A stretch of 64,000 bases of DNA from a virus. Lineage: Duplodnaviria > Heunggongvirae > Uroviricota > Caudoviricetes. Shown here in pieces: positions 47,628 to 57,157 of the stretch. The DNA is taken from positions 33,091-97,090 of the IMG/VR virus record IMGVR_UViG_3300045993_000281, one strand, 5' to 3'. Position 1 is the stretch's first letter; each line of letters starts with the position of its first letter. The translations under genes and the position numbers were made by a program. The notes under the pieces were generated by a model. It did not search any database and had not been told where the DNA came from. It worked only from the letters and a program-made list of their open reading frames with translations.

Positions 47628-48369
47628 CTTTGGTGAATATGCGTTTTATACCTGCTTCACGCAGGATTGCGGTACCCTTTGAGAAGATGCCATGTGATAC
47701 GTATAGGCTTATCTCTCTGTCAGGCATTAATTTTGCGAGACTGATAAATGTTGCACCACCATCACAAATGTCGTCAACCATAAGAACAGATTGTCCTGGT
47801 GGTAATTCCGGCATTGCTGTCGTGATTATTTTACCAGTACTACGATCTCGTAACTTCATTGCGGATATTACAACTACCCCTGAAAGCAGAAGATCTTTGT
47901 ACCTTTCTTGAGCGCCTTCGTCAGGAAACACAACGATGTCTGCCATTACTGAACGCATGGCTTCCTGTATTTCTAGCCCTGGAGTGAGAATTAGGACATT
48001 CGATAAGCAGAGCCTAACGTAAGGAGGATTGTGTGGATCGAATACGGACACCTTATCGAACCCAATATCCTTAATTATCTGCAAGAATACAGACAACGCA
48101 AATGTTTCTGTATTACCTACTGCCTTGTCTTGCCTGGCATACGGGAGATATGGTAGGTGGAGATTAATCTCAACAAACGCATTTCTCTTTTTACCAAAGT
48201 CATACAATAACCTATACAACTGTGCTAAGTGCATCAATTCACCCTCGTGCTCAAACTTCCATTCTATGTTATAGCAGCGAGCATATTGATCAACTAGCAA
48301 GTGCCAAACTTGGCTTGTCTTGTCGGGAAACATTGTTACAGGTACGGGTGCGCCATCCAGATATAGCAT
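47602..48369 (-). CDS. Ribose-phosphate pyrophosphokinase family protein (PRPP synthetase-like; possibly an ADPR-PP synthetase)
   Basis: 255 aa with the PRTase motif LMVDDICDGGATF and a VSHGIFSKG loop. Its 3' end overlaps the downstream NAMPT gene. Confidence 0.8.
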   Translation of the reverse strand: MLYLDGAPVPVTMFPDKTSQVWHLLVDQYARCYNIEWKFEHEGELMHLAQLYRLLYDFGKKRNAFVEINLHLPYLPYARQDKAVGNTETFALSVFLQIIKDIGFDKVSVFDPHNPPYVRLCLSNVLILTPGLEIQEAMRSVMADIVVFPDEGAQERYKDLLLSGVVVISAMKLRDRSTGKIITTAMPELPPGQSVLMVDDICDGGATFISLAKLMPDREISLYVSHGIFSKGTAILREAGIKRIFTKDGEQFEKA

Positions 48370-48558
48370 TCAGCCTCCACTTAGATTAACTACTTCGACG
48401 GGTTTAAATTCAGGTGCAGGTATTCCTAGCACCATTGGGGCAAGTAATATGTTTCCTTTTACCATGAGTGTTGCGGCGATCTTTGCTTGCATGGCATTGC
48501 AGCCTTGCTTAAATGCTTCTTCGTTTGTCATGTGGTTCTCCTTATAGTTAAAGACCAC
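48370..48558 (-). CDS. Hypothetical small protein
   Basis: 62 aa, coupled to the upstream gene. Confidence 0.35.
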   Translation of the reverse strand: MVFNYKENHMTNEEAFKQGCNAMQAKIAATLMVKGNILLAPMVLGIPAPEFKPVEVVNLSGG

Positions 48559-48995
48559 AACTCGTTACTACAAGTAATGGGTACAGTCCATTAGTGCTTT
48601 CATCTCGGTGATCTTTAATTCAGCTGTCACACACATTGTTGGTCTCAGGCGACGTAGTTCGGTAGCGACCCGCCTTACATCGTTGCTCAATATGTCCAAG
48701 TTTGCAGGTAACAGCTGAATTAAAAACCCTGGAGCATACACGAGCAATCTCGTATATACATCCAGGGAAATTAAACTAAATTATTTTAGACAACATTGCT
48801 AACGGTTACTTAGCAGGAGAGTCTTGGAGTCATTTAGTGACTCACACGTTGTGCAAGGTTTTTTAGCCAGAATGGATCATCAGGGAGGAGTACCTGCACT
48901 CTAGCTGGGAAAACCTGCAAACCGAAATAGGAATCTCTAATCGTATCTTTTGTTTGCCATAGGATGACGAGTAGGGATTCCCCACAATCGGTTCC

Positions 48996-49661
48996 TTATT
49001 TGGCAGCAGCTTCTGCAGCTTTCTTAGCAGCTTTTGCGGCTTCAGCAACAGCTTTCGCTGGAGCTTCGGCAAGTTTCTTCGCATCGGAGATTACCTTCTG
49101 TGCAGCACGGTGCACAGCTAGGGCTTCCATTGCTTTAGGATTTACAACACGCTTTTCAACACCGGCGTCGAATGCTTTCAAGATTGCTTCTTTGTTAGCA
49201 ACAATCCAAGTAGCAGCTTCTGCGCTTGACAGAGTTGTGAGAACGCGCAATGTTTCAGCGGCTTTCTCAGCATCGTCCATACGTTTCACAGCTGGCCAAC
49301 GGAACGATCCTTCGACCGCGTCAGCGTTTTCTTGCAAGAAGCGAAGTTTCGGGTCATCAACAGTTTTCAGATGCTCCAATGCTTTCTTCAGTTTATTCTT
49401 TTCAACTTTGGTTACACGGGATACAGTACCCGCTTCAAACGCTCCGGCAATATCTTCGCTGTTTTCAAACAGGAAAGTAGAGAGTTTGCTGTCACCACCT
49501 GCGACTGCCAGCAATGCGGCTGTTACTTGAGGCTTACGCAAGTGATTGCGGGCATCTGCAGCGGTTGCGTGGACGACGTTATCTGGTGTGATGTAACCTT
49601 GTTTTACTTGATTGGTGCTCATTGCTTTGATATCCTCAAATTTTAACATGGACAGCATCAT
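48996..49661 (-). CDS. Hypothetical protein with an Ala/Lys-rich tail
   Basis: 221 aa, ending ...AKKLAEAPAKAVAEAAKAAKKAAEAAAK, resembling a histone H1-like basic tail. Confidence 0.5.
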   Translation of the reverse strand: MMLSMLKFEDIKAMSTNQVKQGYITPDNVVHATAADARNHLRKPQVTAALLAVAGGDSKLSTFLFENSEDIAGAFEAGTVSRVTKVEKNKLKKALEHLKTVDDPKLRFLQENADAVEGSFRWPAVKRMDDAEKAAETLRVLTTLSSAEAATWIVANKEAILKAFDAGVEKRVVNPKAMEALAVHRAAQKVISDAKKLAEAPAKAVAEAAKAAKKAAEAAAK

Positions 49662-49887
49662 TGATGCCCATATAAGATACCCTACGCCCCGATGGGAATA
49701 AGGCTAATGTAGCAGTTTCTCTCCAACTACCAAAGTCAAGTTTACTGCGCGTGATTGTTAGGATACTTTTTCCTAACAAATTCTACCACTATTGTTACAG
49801 TCCCGCGACTTGTTATTATTACACATTGCGGTTAGCAATGGGCATCGCGGCGCACCAAGAGTGGAGGCCAAACCGCCATACTACGGG

Positions 49888-49906
49888 TTATCATTAATTT
49901 AACGGG
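49888..49906 (-). promoter_or_regulatory. Conserved 20-nt motif, copy 2 (GTTATCATTAATTTAACGGG on plus)
   Basis: Matches 31274-31293 at 18 of 20 positions. Lies between a stem-loop (49955-49995) and the start of the gene at 48996-49661. Confidence 0.45.
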
Positions 49907-50025
49907 TTCCCGCGTGTAGCGGTTTTCGACGCTGTTTCGAACTACTGACACAGAAAAGGCCAACCGCCACGTTTTGACGATGGTAGTTGGCCTTTCTGCG
50001 CCACTTCAAGGGGCAGCTATCGGAC

Positions 50026-50244
50026 TCACTTGTAGCCGATAGGCGCCACTTTTGACGAACCCCGCACTGCCTGGAAGACAGCACTTAGTGCAAGTGTAGC
50101 TCTTTCATGCCCTTCTTGGGCGATTACGAGAGCATTAGAAGCCTTCGTAAATGTTGATTGAGCGGCTTTTAACGTCTTAGTCGCTGCCTCAATATCCGCC
50201 TGTGCTTTCCCTAGGGAAGACACTTCTGCATTCTTTCTTAGCAT
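50026..50244 (-). CDS. Hypothetical protein
   Basis: 72-aa ORF. Confidence 0.4.
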   Translation of the reverse strand: MLRKNAEVSSLGKAQADIEAATKTLKAAQSTFTKASNALVIAQEGHERATLALSAVFQAVRGSSKVAPIGYK

Positions 50245-50245
50245 T

Positions 50246-51112
50246 TCAAATCCTTGATAACGTGTGCCTGCGATCTACCTTGAATCCTGCGGAGTGTTTA
50301 TGACCACCGCCGCCGAATCTTACTGCTATCTCACTTACATCTAATGCGTCTGGATTAGAGGAGTGAGACCTCAACCCAAAGTTCCTGTAGTCTTTCGTGT
50401 CATAATACAACGCGACAAAACGATTCGTTCGTGTCAATCTTTCTGCCACATCATTGAAGAACAGGCTAGGCGCGTTTACTAGGACAGTCGGATGATCGTC
50501 AATAACAGCATCTCTGAGCGAAGTTTCTGCTATTCTAGCACAATCCTGCTGCTGCTTCCTTTCGAGTAGTCCACCGTCTTTGATCATTCTAACCAGGCCA
50601 GCCTTAGTGACACTCATCATCTTGTCCCATACTTTGAATTCAAAATCTTGAAGTGTAACGTACGCCATTATTTCTTTGGTATACAGTAAGTTAAACTTCC
50701 ACAGATCGTAATCCTCTACATGCGCTAATACTTGCGGCATCTTTTTCGGCTTGCCCAGACTCAGTCTATGTGCCCATTGTACGTAATTCCATGCCAATAC
50801 AGCGCCGGAATGTTCTTGTGAGCTATGCTTCATGCTGAGTCCAGCAGTCTCCAAATCCCAAAGATCTTCCAACGCCGACTTGTGGTGATCAATGAGAGTG
50901 ACACTTTTGGCTGCAGAAAGAATGTCCTCTACTACGTTCCTTTTGTAGCTGAAATCCACTAGGAACACGTCCCTGTCAACTACATCTGGAACCTTGCCCT
51001 GATATACGCCTGGGTGATAATCATATGTATCTTTGTATTGGTTCCAGAAACACCATGCTGCACCAAAACCATCCGTACAGCCCTTGTGATAAATTACGAT
51101 CGGCTTGTTCAT
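50246..51112 (-). CDS. DHH-family phosphoesterase (NrnA-like nanoRNase/pAp phosphatase type)
   Basis: 288 aa with LVDFS..., VTLIDHHKS (DHH motif) and FGGGGHKHSAGF (DHHA1 GGGH motif). Confidence 0.75.
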   Translation of the reverse strand: MNKPIVIYHKGCTDGFGAAWCFWNQYKDTYDYHPGVYQGKVPDVVDRDVFLVDFSYKRNVVEDILSAAKSVTLIDHHKSALEDLWDLETAGLSMKHSSQEHSGAVLAWNYVQWAHRLSLGKPKKMPQVLAHVEDYDLWKFNLLYTKEIMAYVTLQDFEFKVWDKMMSVTKAGLVRMIKDGGLLERKQQQDCARIAETSLRDAVIDDHPTVLVNAPSLFFNDVAERLTRTNRFVALYYDTKDYRNFGLRSHSSNPDALDVSEIAVRFGGGGHKHSAGFKVDRRHTLSRI

Positions 51113-51115
51113 TCT

Positions 51116-51436
51116 TCACCCTTGTTGTGTTGACGCGGTTATTAAATTTCTTGGATCTTCATACCTCTGGACTGGAAAGGGAGTTGTGCATAGCATCTGC
51201 ACAAACGCGCCACCCATTTCAGTTACATCATAACTAGAACCGTATTTCGATTGCACAGCCCGCCTAGCCATCAGCCCTTGGTTAACAAACATGCTGATAG
51301 ACGCCTCAACCGCAGGGGCGTGTAGTCTGGGGTGCTCTGTATGCTCTAAGTCCAGCTCATACGGTGATACATAATAGTGCAACAATACTTCAAGGTCGCA
51401 CGGCGTTAGTGACATAATAGTTCTGCTCCGACACAT
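51116..51436 (-). CDS. Hypothetical protein
   Basis: 106-aa ORF. Confidence 0.4.
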   Translation of the reverse strand: MCRSRTIMSLTPCDLEVLLHYYVSPYELDLEHTEHPRLHAPAVEASISMFVNQGLMARRAVQSKYGSSYDVTEMGGAFVQMLCTTPFPVQRYEDPRNLITASTQQG

Positions 51437-51647
51437 ATCTGGCCTCCAACCTTTCTTTAAGATCTACTGCAATTCCATGCCAGGCTATCTCACTTACTAT
51501 CGAGCGCGGGTTATCTACAGGTGTGGTCTTGGAGATTATGTCCGCGTAAAACCGAATAGCCTCTAGAATAAATGTCTGGCATAAGTCCCCATGTGGTGAA
51601 CGTTGCATAAGGTCTGCAACAAATGCTTCATTGGTTACTCGTGGCAA
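51390..51647 (-). CDS. Hypothetical protein
   Basis: 85-aa ORF. Confidence 0.4.
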   Translation of the reverse strand: MPRVTNEAFVADLMQRSPHGDLCQTFILEAIRFYADIISKTTPVDNPRSIVSEIAWHGIAVDLKERLEARYVSEQNYYVTNAVRP

Positions 51648-51858
51648 GCTTTCTCTCCTTAAATTGATAACAAGTACCTAGATGATTTACTGTCTTCTTT
51701 TTAACACTACAACGAGTGAGACCGAATCGGGTCGCACTATGTCCACACTTTTCACAAGTATTACAACTCGCTTGGTTGGCTTTCTCTAATTTACGTCTGT
51801 CAGCATTTTCGCTAGCTAACATACGCCCCTCATGCGCCATGGACTCTGTCATATACAT
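51628..51858 (-). CDS. Small zinc-ribbon-like protein
   Basis: 76 aa with CNTCEKCGH...C..K. Confidence 0.4.
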   Translation of the reverse strand: MYMTESMAHEGRMLASENADRRKLEKANQASCNTCEKCGHSATRFGLTRCSVKKKTVNHLGTCYQFKERKLATSNQ

Positions 51859-52661
51859 TATATTTCTGGCTCAAAATGATCGTCTTCGCTGAAGTCTTCT
51901 TCAGTACCGTCTATCGCTGCAAATATATCGGAAACGAACTCACCGTAGTTAACCGGAAGACTGTCCTCATATTTATCAGGGAATCGATTAAGAAGACCCT
52001 GCAGGAACATTGTGTCTATCCCCATCAACTGCTCTTTCAGCTGCTTGTACGTATGTATCTTCAGCTGTACAATGGAGAGGGCAATATGCATGAGCGTGCT
52101 GCCTGAGACTGTGTATCCACGTGCGCCATACTTCTTGGTACGATAGAGGGCGCAAATCGGATACTTTGAACTGCCAGCGTATACCAATCTACGCGCTACT
52201 AGGTCTGGAAAGAATCGCTCGCCCAGCTCAAAGATATCTGCGGAGAAGTTGAATGCGCCATGTGTTATCGTGAAATCGAAATCATCGAAGATTTTAGCAG
52301 GGGTTCCAGAGAATCGTGTGATCAACTGTACTGTCCATACTTTACGGCTTTTTGTAGACTTGCGTTTGTAGGTAATAGCGTTTTCTGTCTTAAAGGGCGT
52401 CTCTAAAAATATTGTCGCTAGGAATTGTTTGGCTTCTTCAAGTTTGCTAGGGTCTTGTAGATAGAAGTCCAGATCGTTAACCGATCGGCCTGTCATCAGA
52501 CTATTGATAGCGCCCCCACAAAGTAGGATGGACAGTTCACCTAATCGGTGCGTCCCAATCTCAGTATTTGCATCGAATCCGAAGAATTGATTTACTACAC
52601 GCCTAAGTTTTGCTTTCTCTTTCTCAAGCGACATGTACGTCGCTGTTAACAGTTTCGTCAT
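51858..52661 (-). CDS. Nucleotidyltransferase-fold protein candidate
   Basis: 267 aa. LLCGGAINSLMTGRSVNDLDFY fits GG-x11-DxD. Confidence 0.45.
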   Translation of the reverse strand: MTKLLTATYMSLEKEKAKLRRVVNQFFGFDANTEIGTHRLGELSILLCGGAINSLMTGRSVNDLDFYLQDPSKLEEAKQFLATIFLETPFKTENAITYKRKSTKSRKVWTVQLITRFSGTPAKIFDDFDFTITHGAFNFSADIFELGERFFPDLVARRLVYAGSSKYPICALYRTKKYGARGYTVSGSTLMHIALSIVQLKIHTYKQLKEQLMGIDTMFLQGLLNRFPDKYEDSLPVNYGEFVSDIFAAIDGTEEDFSEDDHFEPEI

Positions 52662-52893
52662 TCTGTGTTTCCTCTAAAGGTAGTTCTAACTGTTTCTCGA
52701 GTTGTTTGATTAGTTCTTTAAACTGTTCTAATACCTTTGCCTTAGTTCCCTTTAGATTGAACTCTTGTTTAATTGTGCTGTATGCACTACGTCCACGGCT
52801 GCGTTGCATTCCCTTTACTTCCAGGGATAATGCGCCTTTTAGTGCAAACAAACGCGCCAGACGAATGGCCTTTGAATCCGTAATAATCGTCAT
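52624..52893 (-). CDS. Hypothetical protein
   Basis: 89-aa ORF. Confidence 0.35.
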   Translation of the reverse strand: MTIITDSKAIRLARLFALKGALSLEVKGMQRSRGRSAYSTIKQEFNLKGTKAKVLEQFKELIKQLEKQLELPLEETQNDETVNSDVHVA

Positions 52894-53207
52894 TTCAGTA
52901 GTCCGAAGTCATCACGTATCTTGCTGTCTATCAATGTATTTTCTATCTTGTAACGAGTGCTATCAAACCCATTTACTTTTGTTTCAGTAATGAAAAATCT
53001 AGTCCTATCTAAGACATCTTTGAACACCGTTCCACGAGTAGTGCAAAAGGTATCTATGGAATTTGTCATGTTCATGTTAAGAAGCCTTGCCAACCTGAAC
53101 CCGTGAAACTGGCAAATTTTCTCTAGCAAGTCTCTGAAATCAGGACTAATCGGTTTAAAGTTTACATGACACTCGAAGTACAATTTAGTCGTGTAATTAA
53201 TCCCCAT
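52890..53207 (-). CDS. Hypothetical protein
   Basis: 105-aa ORF. Confidence 0.4.
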   Translation of the reverse strand: MGINYTTKLYFECHVNFKPISPDFRDLLEKICQFHGFRLARLLNMNMTNSIDTFCTTRGTVFKDVLDRTRFFITETKVNGFDSTRYKIENTLIDSKIRDDFGLLK

Positions 53208-54163
53208 TAGAAGTCTCCTGGATCTCTGAAACCTGTTGCTCTTGCCATCCGAAAGGTATCCTTAGCACCGTGAGGAAAGTGGCGAAACTTGACATACGCC
53301 TTGTTCAGGTACTTATCCTGCTCATTCCAAATTGCCAGCCTTTCTGGATGTGTAAAGTTTCCTGGAGGAACGTTAGCTATCTTGCCACGAACATCTAAAA
53401 TAAACTTTCCGAGTGTCCCCGCAGGGATAAGCCCTTCAGCAGCCTTAGACCTCTTCGAAGTGCCAGTGTTGCTTCGGATATCGGGATTTATATTGTCAGT
53501 CGCTTCAATAAATCCAACGACTAGGCCCTCATCGTCCTCGAACCGCTTTAACTTGTAAATCAGACCTTCCTTGAAAGTTGCGCGATTCGGCGGTGTACCG
53601 TCACCTCCTTTGTACTTACCCAAGGGATTACGCATCATAATCCCCTCAAATCCCAATGCAAGTTGGTCTTCCTCATACTCAATCAGATCTTCGTAATTAG
53701 TGATCAGAGTATGTGGTATTGTATGAAATATATCTCGGCCATATGTTGACAACCCAGCGGCATTGAACTCTCGGACTCTATCTGATGCATACTGAAAACG
53801 TTTCTCAAAAGGTAACAGAATGATCTCAGGCGACGTCCAATCAAATAAATGATAGCCAATGTCATCTGCGGGCTGATCAAATGCGGTGACACTACTACTT
53901 GTAAGATTGAAGACATTAAATACGTTGGGCTCACCAACTATCAGTTCGCCATCGGAGTGATTTGCAAAACCGAACATATCCTGTACTTGATGAGAGCGCA
54001 AGATATTGTAGTCTCTCGACCTGACCTTATTGTCTTTCGTGCTGCCCCTTATACCATCGTATTTAGGGGAGCACGAAAGAGGATACCTAATACCCCTTGT
54101 GGGGTGGAAAAAATCGGGATTCTTTTTAGGATCATCCCTTGGTGATAGCATTACTCTGAACAT
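53207..54163 (-). CDS. ATP-dependent DNA ligase (small, phage-type)
   Basis: 318 aa. Motif I at residues ~33-39, SPKYDGIRGST (KxDGxR), in the same N-terminal position as the T7-type ligase lysine. Confidence 0.7.
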   Translation of the reverse strand: MFRVMLSPRDDPKKNPDFFHPTRGIRYPLSCSPKYDGIRGSTKDNKVRSRDYNILRSHQVQDMFGFANHSDGELIVGEPNVFNVFNLTSSSVTAFDQPADDIGYHLFDWTSPEIILLPFEKRFQYASDRVREFNAAGLSTYGRDIFHTIPHTLITNYEDLIEYEEDQLALGFEGIMMRNPLGKYKGGDGTPPNRATFKEGLIYKLKRFEDDEGLVVGFIEATDNINPDIRSNTGTSKRSKAAEGLIPAGTLGKFILDVRGKIANVPPGNFTHPERLAIWNEQDKYLNKAYVKFRHFPHGAKDTFRMARATGFRDPGDF

Positions 54164-54175
54164 CGTTTTTCCTTG

Positions 54176-54490
54176 TTAATGAGCGCCTAGTGGGGTTTCG
54201 CCTTCGTCAAACACATGCCATGCGGCGCATGAAGAGACCTCACCGGCATATTGCGGCACATATTGTGGCATGATCACCGTCCCTAAATATTCTCCAGGGA
54301 CTTTAGACAGCTCCCAGCCGGTACCATATACATTGAAGCGTCTATGGCAAATCTTCGCGTCCACATCCATCTTTGCAAACACAGATACATGCCGCCCTTT
54401 CGGTATGATATGAAGTATCTTCGCACCGACTGGCATTACAACCTTCTGCTGTCCTGCGACTGGTAATATGAACTCTTGAATGATTTGCAT
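54176..54490 (-). CDS. Hypothetical protein
   Basis: 104-aa ORF. Confidence 0.45.
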   Translation of the reverse strand: MQIIQEFILPVAGQQKVVMPVGAKILHIIPKGRHVSVFAKMDVDAKICHRRFNVYGTGWELSKVPGEYLGTVIMPQYVPQYAGEVSSCAAWHVFDEGETPLGAH

Positions 54491-54687
54491 AAATTCCTCT
54501 TAGTATTTAGAAGGGATGACAACTACCTTTGTTTGCTCTGTTGCGAACTTTCTTGCAGCTGCTTCCACAGCCTCTGTAACGCTTGTTGCGAATACCTCTG
54601 TCCTTCTGTTGTTAAAGTACGCGTCATATGGACGCACAACACCCTTGTGGTTTACATCACTACGAGCGAGATCGGACATGTGGATTC

Positions 54688-55002
54688 CTATAGTATTTCG
54701 CCTGGTACGTAATCTTCGTCTGTGCCGCGTCCTGCTGATGCCAAAGCTTCCGCGTCTGATAGTTCTGGTTCTGCTAGTTCTTCATCAGGGCCTTGATAAT
54801 TGAAATGTGTCTCAATCCCTTCAATAATCTTTTCGACATCAGCATGGTCTACATCAATGCTGGCTAAAACATCAACACCATAAATATCTAGCTGGCGCAT
54901 CATTGTCAATACCTTGTCGAGCACCTCCATCTGCTCTGGCGATAGCTTTGCTGCAGCCTCATTCTCAGCAATCTTTGCATTTCTTGCATCAAAATAGTCC
55001 AT
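54688..55002 (-). CDS. Acidic hypothetical protein
   Basis: 104-aa ORF, Asp/Glu-rich. Confidence 0.4.
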   Translation of the reverse strand: MDYFDARNAKIAENEAAAKLSPEQMEVLDKVLTMMRQLDIYGVDVLASIDVDHADVEKIIEGIETHFNYQGPDEELAEPELSDAEALASAGRGTDEDYVPGEIL

Positions 55003-55004
55003 TG

Positions 55005-55604
55005 TTACCTCTGAAATGAAAGTATTTGGGCGTGGAACACTTCTCGCGGCTTGCTAGTCATGTACTCACGTAATCGGTTATCTTTTCTGATGCGCTCTTG
55101 TTCAGGTGCTTGTATCTCCTTTATCTTTTCCAGAAGGCTCATTACGGTGTCCGGCTCGACGATGATTTCTTCCGTCCTTGTCAGGTTAGGTGCAAAGCAA
55201 GTGAAGTCCTCCACATTCATCGTTTTTGTATCCATGAAGTGAAATTGAGGCTTGGCGTCTATCGGGACAAAGCTGCTCAAGGGCTCAATATCGTGCATGC
55301 GTAACAACATCTTTGAAGAGATGTATCTAACGTGAAATACGGGCCGGTCATCCGTCAAATACATCTTATTTCTTGAATAGAGCCCTGAGCGGTCTAAGTG
55401 CGCGTACTGTGCAGTCTCAGATATGCCCATTAGCCCCATCTCATCGTGTCGCATTGCTATACGAAGACGCCCGTCATATACATCCTCCTCCGCAGCTAAA
55501 GACCATCCATTATTCTGGAGGGTGTAAGTGTCGCTAGACCACCCACACCACTTGACAGGGCAAGGGACGCTTAGAAGGTGTCTGTCAGACAGCGCCATCT
55601 GCAA
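55005..55604 (-). CDS. Hypothetical protein
   Basis: 199-aa ORF. Confidence 0.45.
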   Translation of the reverse strand: MQMALSDRHLLSVPCPVKWCGWSSDTYTLQNNGWSLAAEEDVYDGRLRIAMRHDEMGLMGISETAQYAHLDRSGLYSRNKMYLTDDRPVFHVRYISSKMLLRMHDIEPLSSFVPIDAKPQFHFMDTKTMNVEDFTCFAPNLTRTEEIIVEPDTVMSLLEKIKEIQAPEQERIRKDNRLREYMTSKPREVFHAQILSFQR

Positions 55605-55809
55605 TCCGCTGTTGAATATCAGCCAGTTTCATTTTTTCTACATTAAGACTTTGCTCCATCGTAGCGATGACGCGCAACTGCGCCTTAAGAAGCCCCTTGG
55701 CGCGTTCTGCCATTTCCTTGTCAATTTCAGCTTGCGCTTCGTTGAGCAGGGCGGCCTCACGTGAGATTGGGGTTGGTGTTTTCGATGTTCCTGAAGTTCC
55801 TACAGTCAT
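55585..55809 (-). CDS. Hypothetical coiled-coil protein
   Basis: 74-aa ORF. Confidence 0.35.
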   Translation of the reverse strand: MTVGTSGTSKTPTPISREAALLNEAQAEIDKEMAERAKGLLKAQLRVIATMEQSLNVEKMKLADIQQRIADGAV

Positions 55810-55824
55810 GTTATTTCCTTTGGT

Positions 55825-56310
55825 TTAGCGTTCGAAGAGAACTCTTAGTTGTTGGTATACTGCCTGTGCTTCTGTGACGGTGAATGTGACTGATTGGTTG
55901 TTTCCGTGAGGAATAACCACCAGGACGTCACTGCTCACCTTTGCAGGTATCTCACCTGGAATTGCTATCCCGCCCATCTTGCCATGCGCAAGGCCAACCT
56001 TAGTGCGCCGCTTACCTGCGTCATTTCTGTGCCCTTCGCGTTCTGAATTGACGTAAGCTGTTGCGGTCTTAGACGGTGTTTTGCTGAAATACAAAGCGCC
56101 AGGCGGTGCCACGTCTCGCATCCAGTATCGGAAAGAAGCCTTCACTGGCGACCTAGCGATTTTCAAGGAGGCGTACAGTGTAGACATCCAAGACGAGAAT
56201 GTTGCGTATCGTTCTTCCGGACACGTTTTCTTGTGGATGTCAACCGCCACAATACCTGGGTTAGTCTTGATTACATCGAGTATCTTACTGAATCTTTCAG
56301 CTATTGTCAT
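55825..56310 (-). CDS. Hypothetical protein
   Basis: 161-aa ORF. Confidence 0.45.
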   Translation of the reverse strand: MTIAERFSKILDVIKTNPGIVAVDIHKKTCPEERYATFSSWMSTLYASLKIARSPVKASFRYWMRDVAPPGALYFSKTPSKTATAYVNSEREGHRNDAGKRRTKVGLAHGKMGGIAIPGEIPAKVSSDVLVVIPHGNNQSVTFTVTEAQAVYQQLRVLFER

Positions 56311-56617
56311 AGGCCCTTGTGATTGTAAGTTTGAATGGAAATAGACGTTGATACCACGGCTTTCTGTTCTTGATTCTAACCTTCATTGCTGCTACATTCT
56401 TATCAAACTCTTCCCAGCCTATTTCCCGCTCTGCTTGCAAACGGATTATGATAGGATCGATAGACGCTTTGTTGGTTTCCCTCAACTGCACTGCAGATTC
56501 TATGAGAGTCTCTTCCACTGCCTTGTACAGTAAGATAGCTTCGTCTGACAGTCCGCCTTTCAGCCTCTCGGCCCACAGAAGATTCGCTTGGAAGTATATC
56601 CTTTCAATTAATGTCAT
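56297..56617 (-). CDS. Hypothetical protein
   Basis: 106-aa ORF. Confidence 0.4.
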   Translation of the reverse strand: MTLIERIYFQANLLWAERLKGGLSDEAILLYKAVEETLIESAVQLRETNKASIDPIIIRLQAEREIGWEEFDKNVAAMKVRIKNRKPWYQRLFPFKLTITRAYDNS

Positions 56618-56634
56618 AGGCTCCTCTTGGTTGG

Positions 56635-56940
56635 TTAAGCTCTTTCGTAAGTCTTCTCGAAAATAGCCGGTTTACAGGGGTATATTTCACCTTCAACACC
56701 CTGGATGATCCAATCGCAGACACTTCCGTGCATGACGCCTTCTAGTGTATTTATGTGGATTGAGCCGTCAGGTAGTGCGGTTATCTTGCCAGATACCAAC
56801 GCGTCTACAAACCATTTAGGCGGAAGTGGACGTGTCTTATCATCGTCTGGTGGTAATAAATACGCGTCAATCTCTACAGGTTTCTTTCTAAATTTCATTT
56901 GATTTCCTTTGAATTTCATTGACACATTGGCCAATTCCAA
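56635..56940 (-). CDS. Hypothetical protein
   Basis: 101-aa ORF. Confidence 0.4.
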   Translation of the reverse strand: MELANVSMKFKGNQMKFRKKPVEIDAYLLPPDDDKTRPLPPKWFVDALVSGKITALPDGSIHINTLEGVMHGSVCDWIIQGVEGEIYPCKPAIFEKTYERA

Positions 56941-57157
56941 TGGTCATGCCGTCACCTTTTTTAATCGTCGCCTCGCAAATGTATACACTTTGCTCCAGTC
57001 CATTTTTCAAACCGGATTTAAATATTTCGAAGTGCTCCTGATAATCTATTGCGAACATGGCGGAAGAATAACCACCCGTCCCGACATACGCGTTTCCATC
57101 CCACCTAACGTCATGCGGCATTGTGTGCGCTGCTTCAAACAATTCACGTGTGTTCAT
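56888..57157 (-). CDS. Hypothetical protein
   Basis: 89-aa ORF; its 5' end overlaps the upstream gene. Confidence 0.35.
   Translation of the reverse strand: MNTRELFEAAHTMPHDVRWDGNAYVGTGGYSSAMFAIDYQEHFEIFKSGLKNGLEQSVYICEATIKKGDGMTIGIGQCVNEIQRKSNEI

Noticed and set aside
49955-49995. Stem-loop (aaaggccaac ... gttggccttt) as a Rho-independent terminator
   Set aside because: The stem is good, but the loop is 21 nt and there is no U-tract on either strand. It is kept only as a landmark next to the conserved 20-mer.
53207-54163. Calling the ligase an RNA ligase / tRNA-repair enzyme (together with the NTase and DHH genes)
   Set aside because: Motif I reads KYDGIRG, the DNA-ligase-type KxDGxR; T4 RNA ligases have KEDG/KIHG. 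No polynucleotide kinase/phosphatase partner is visible.
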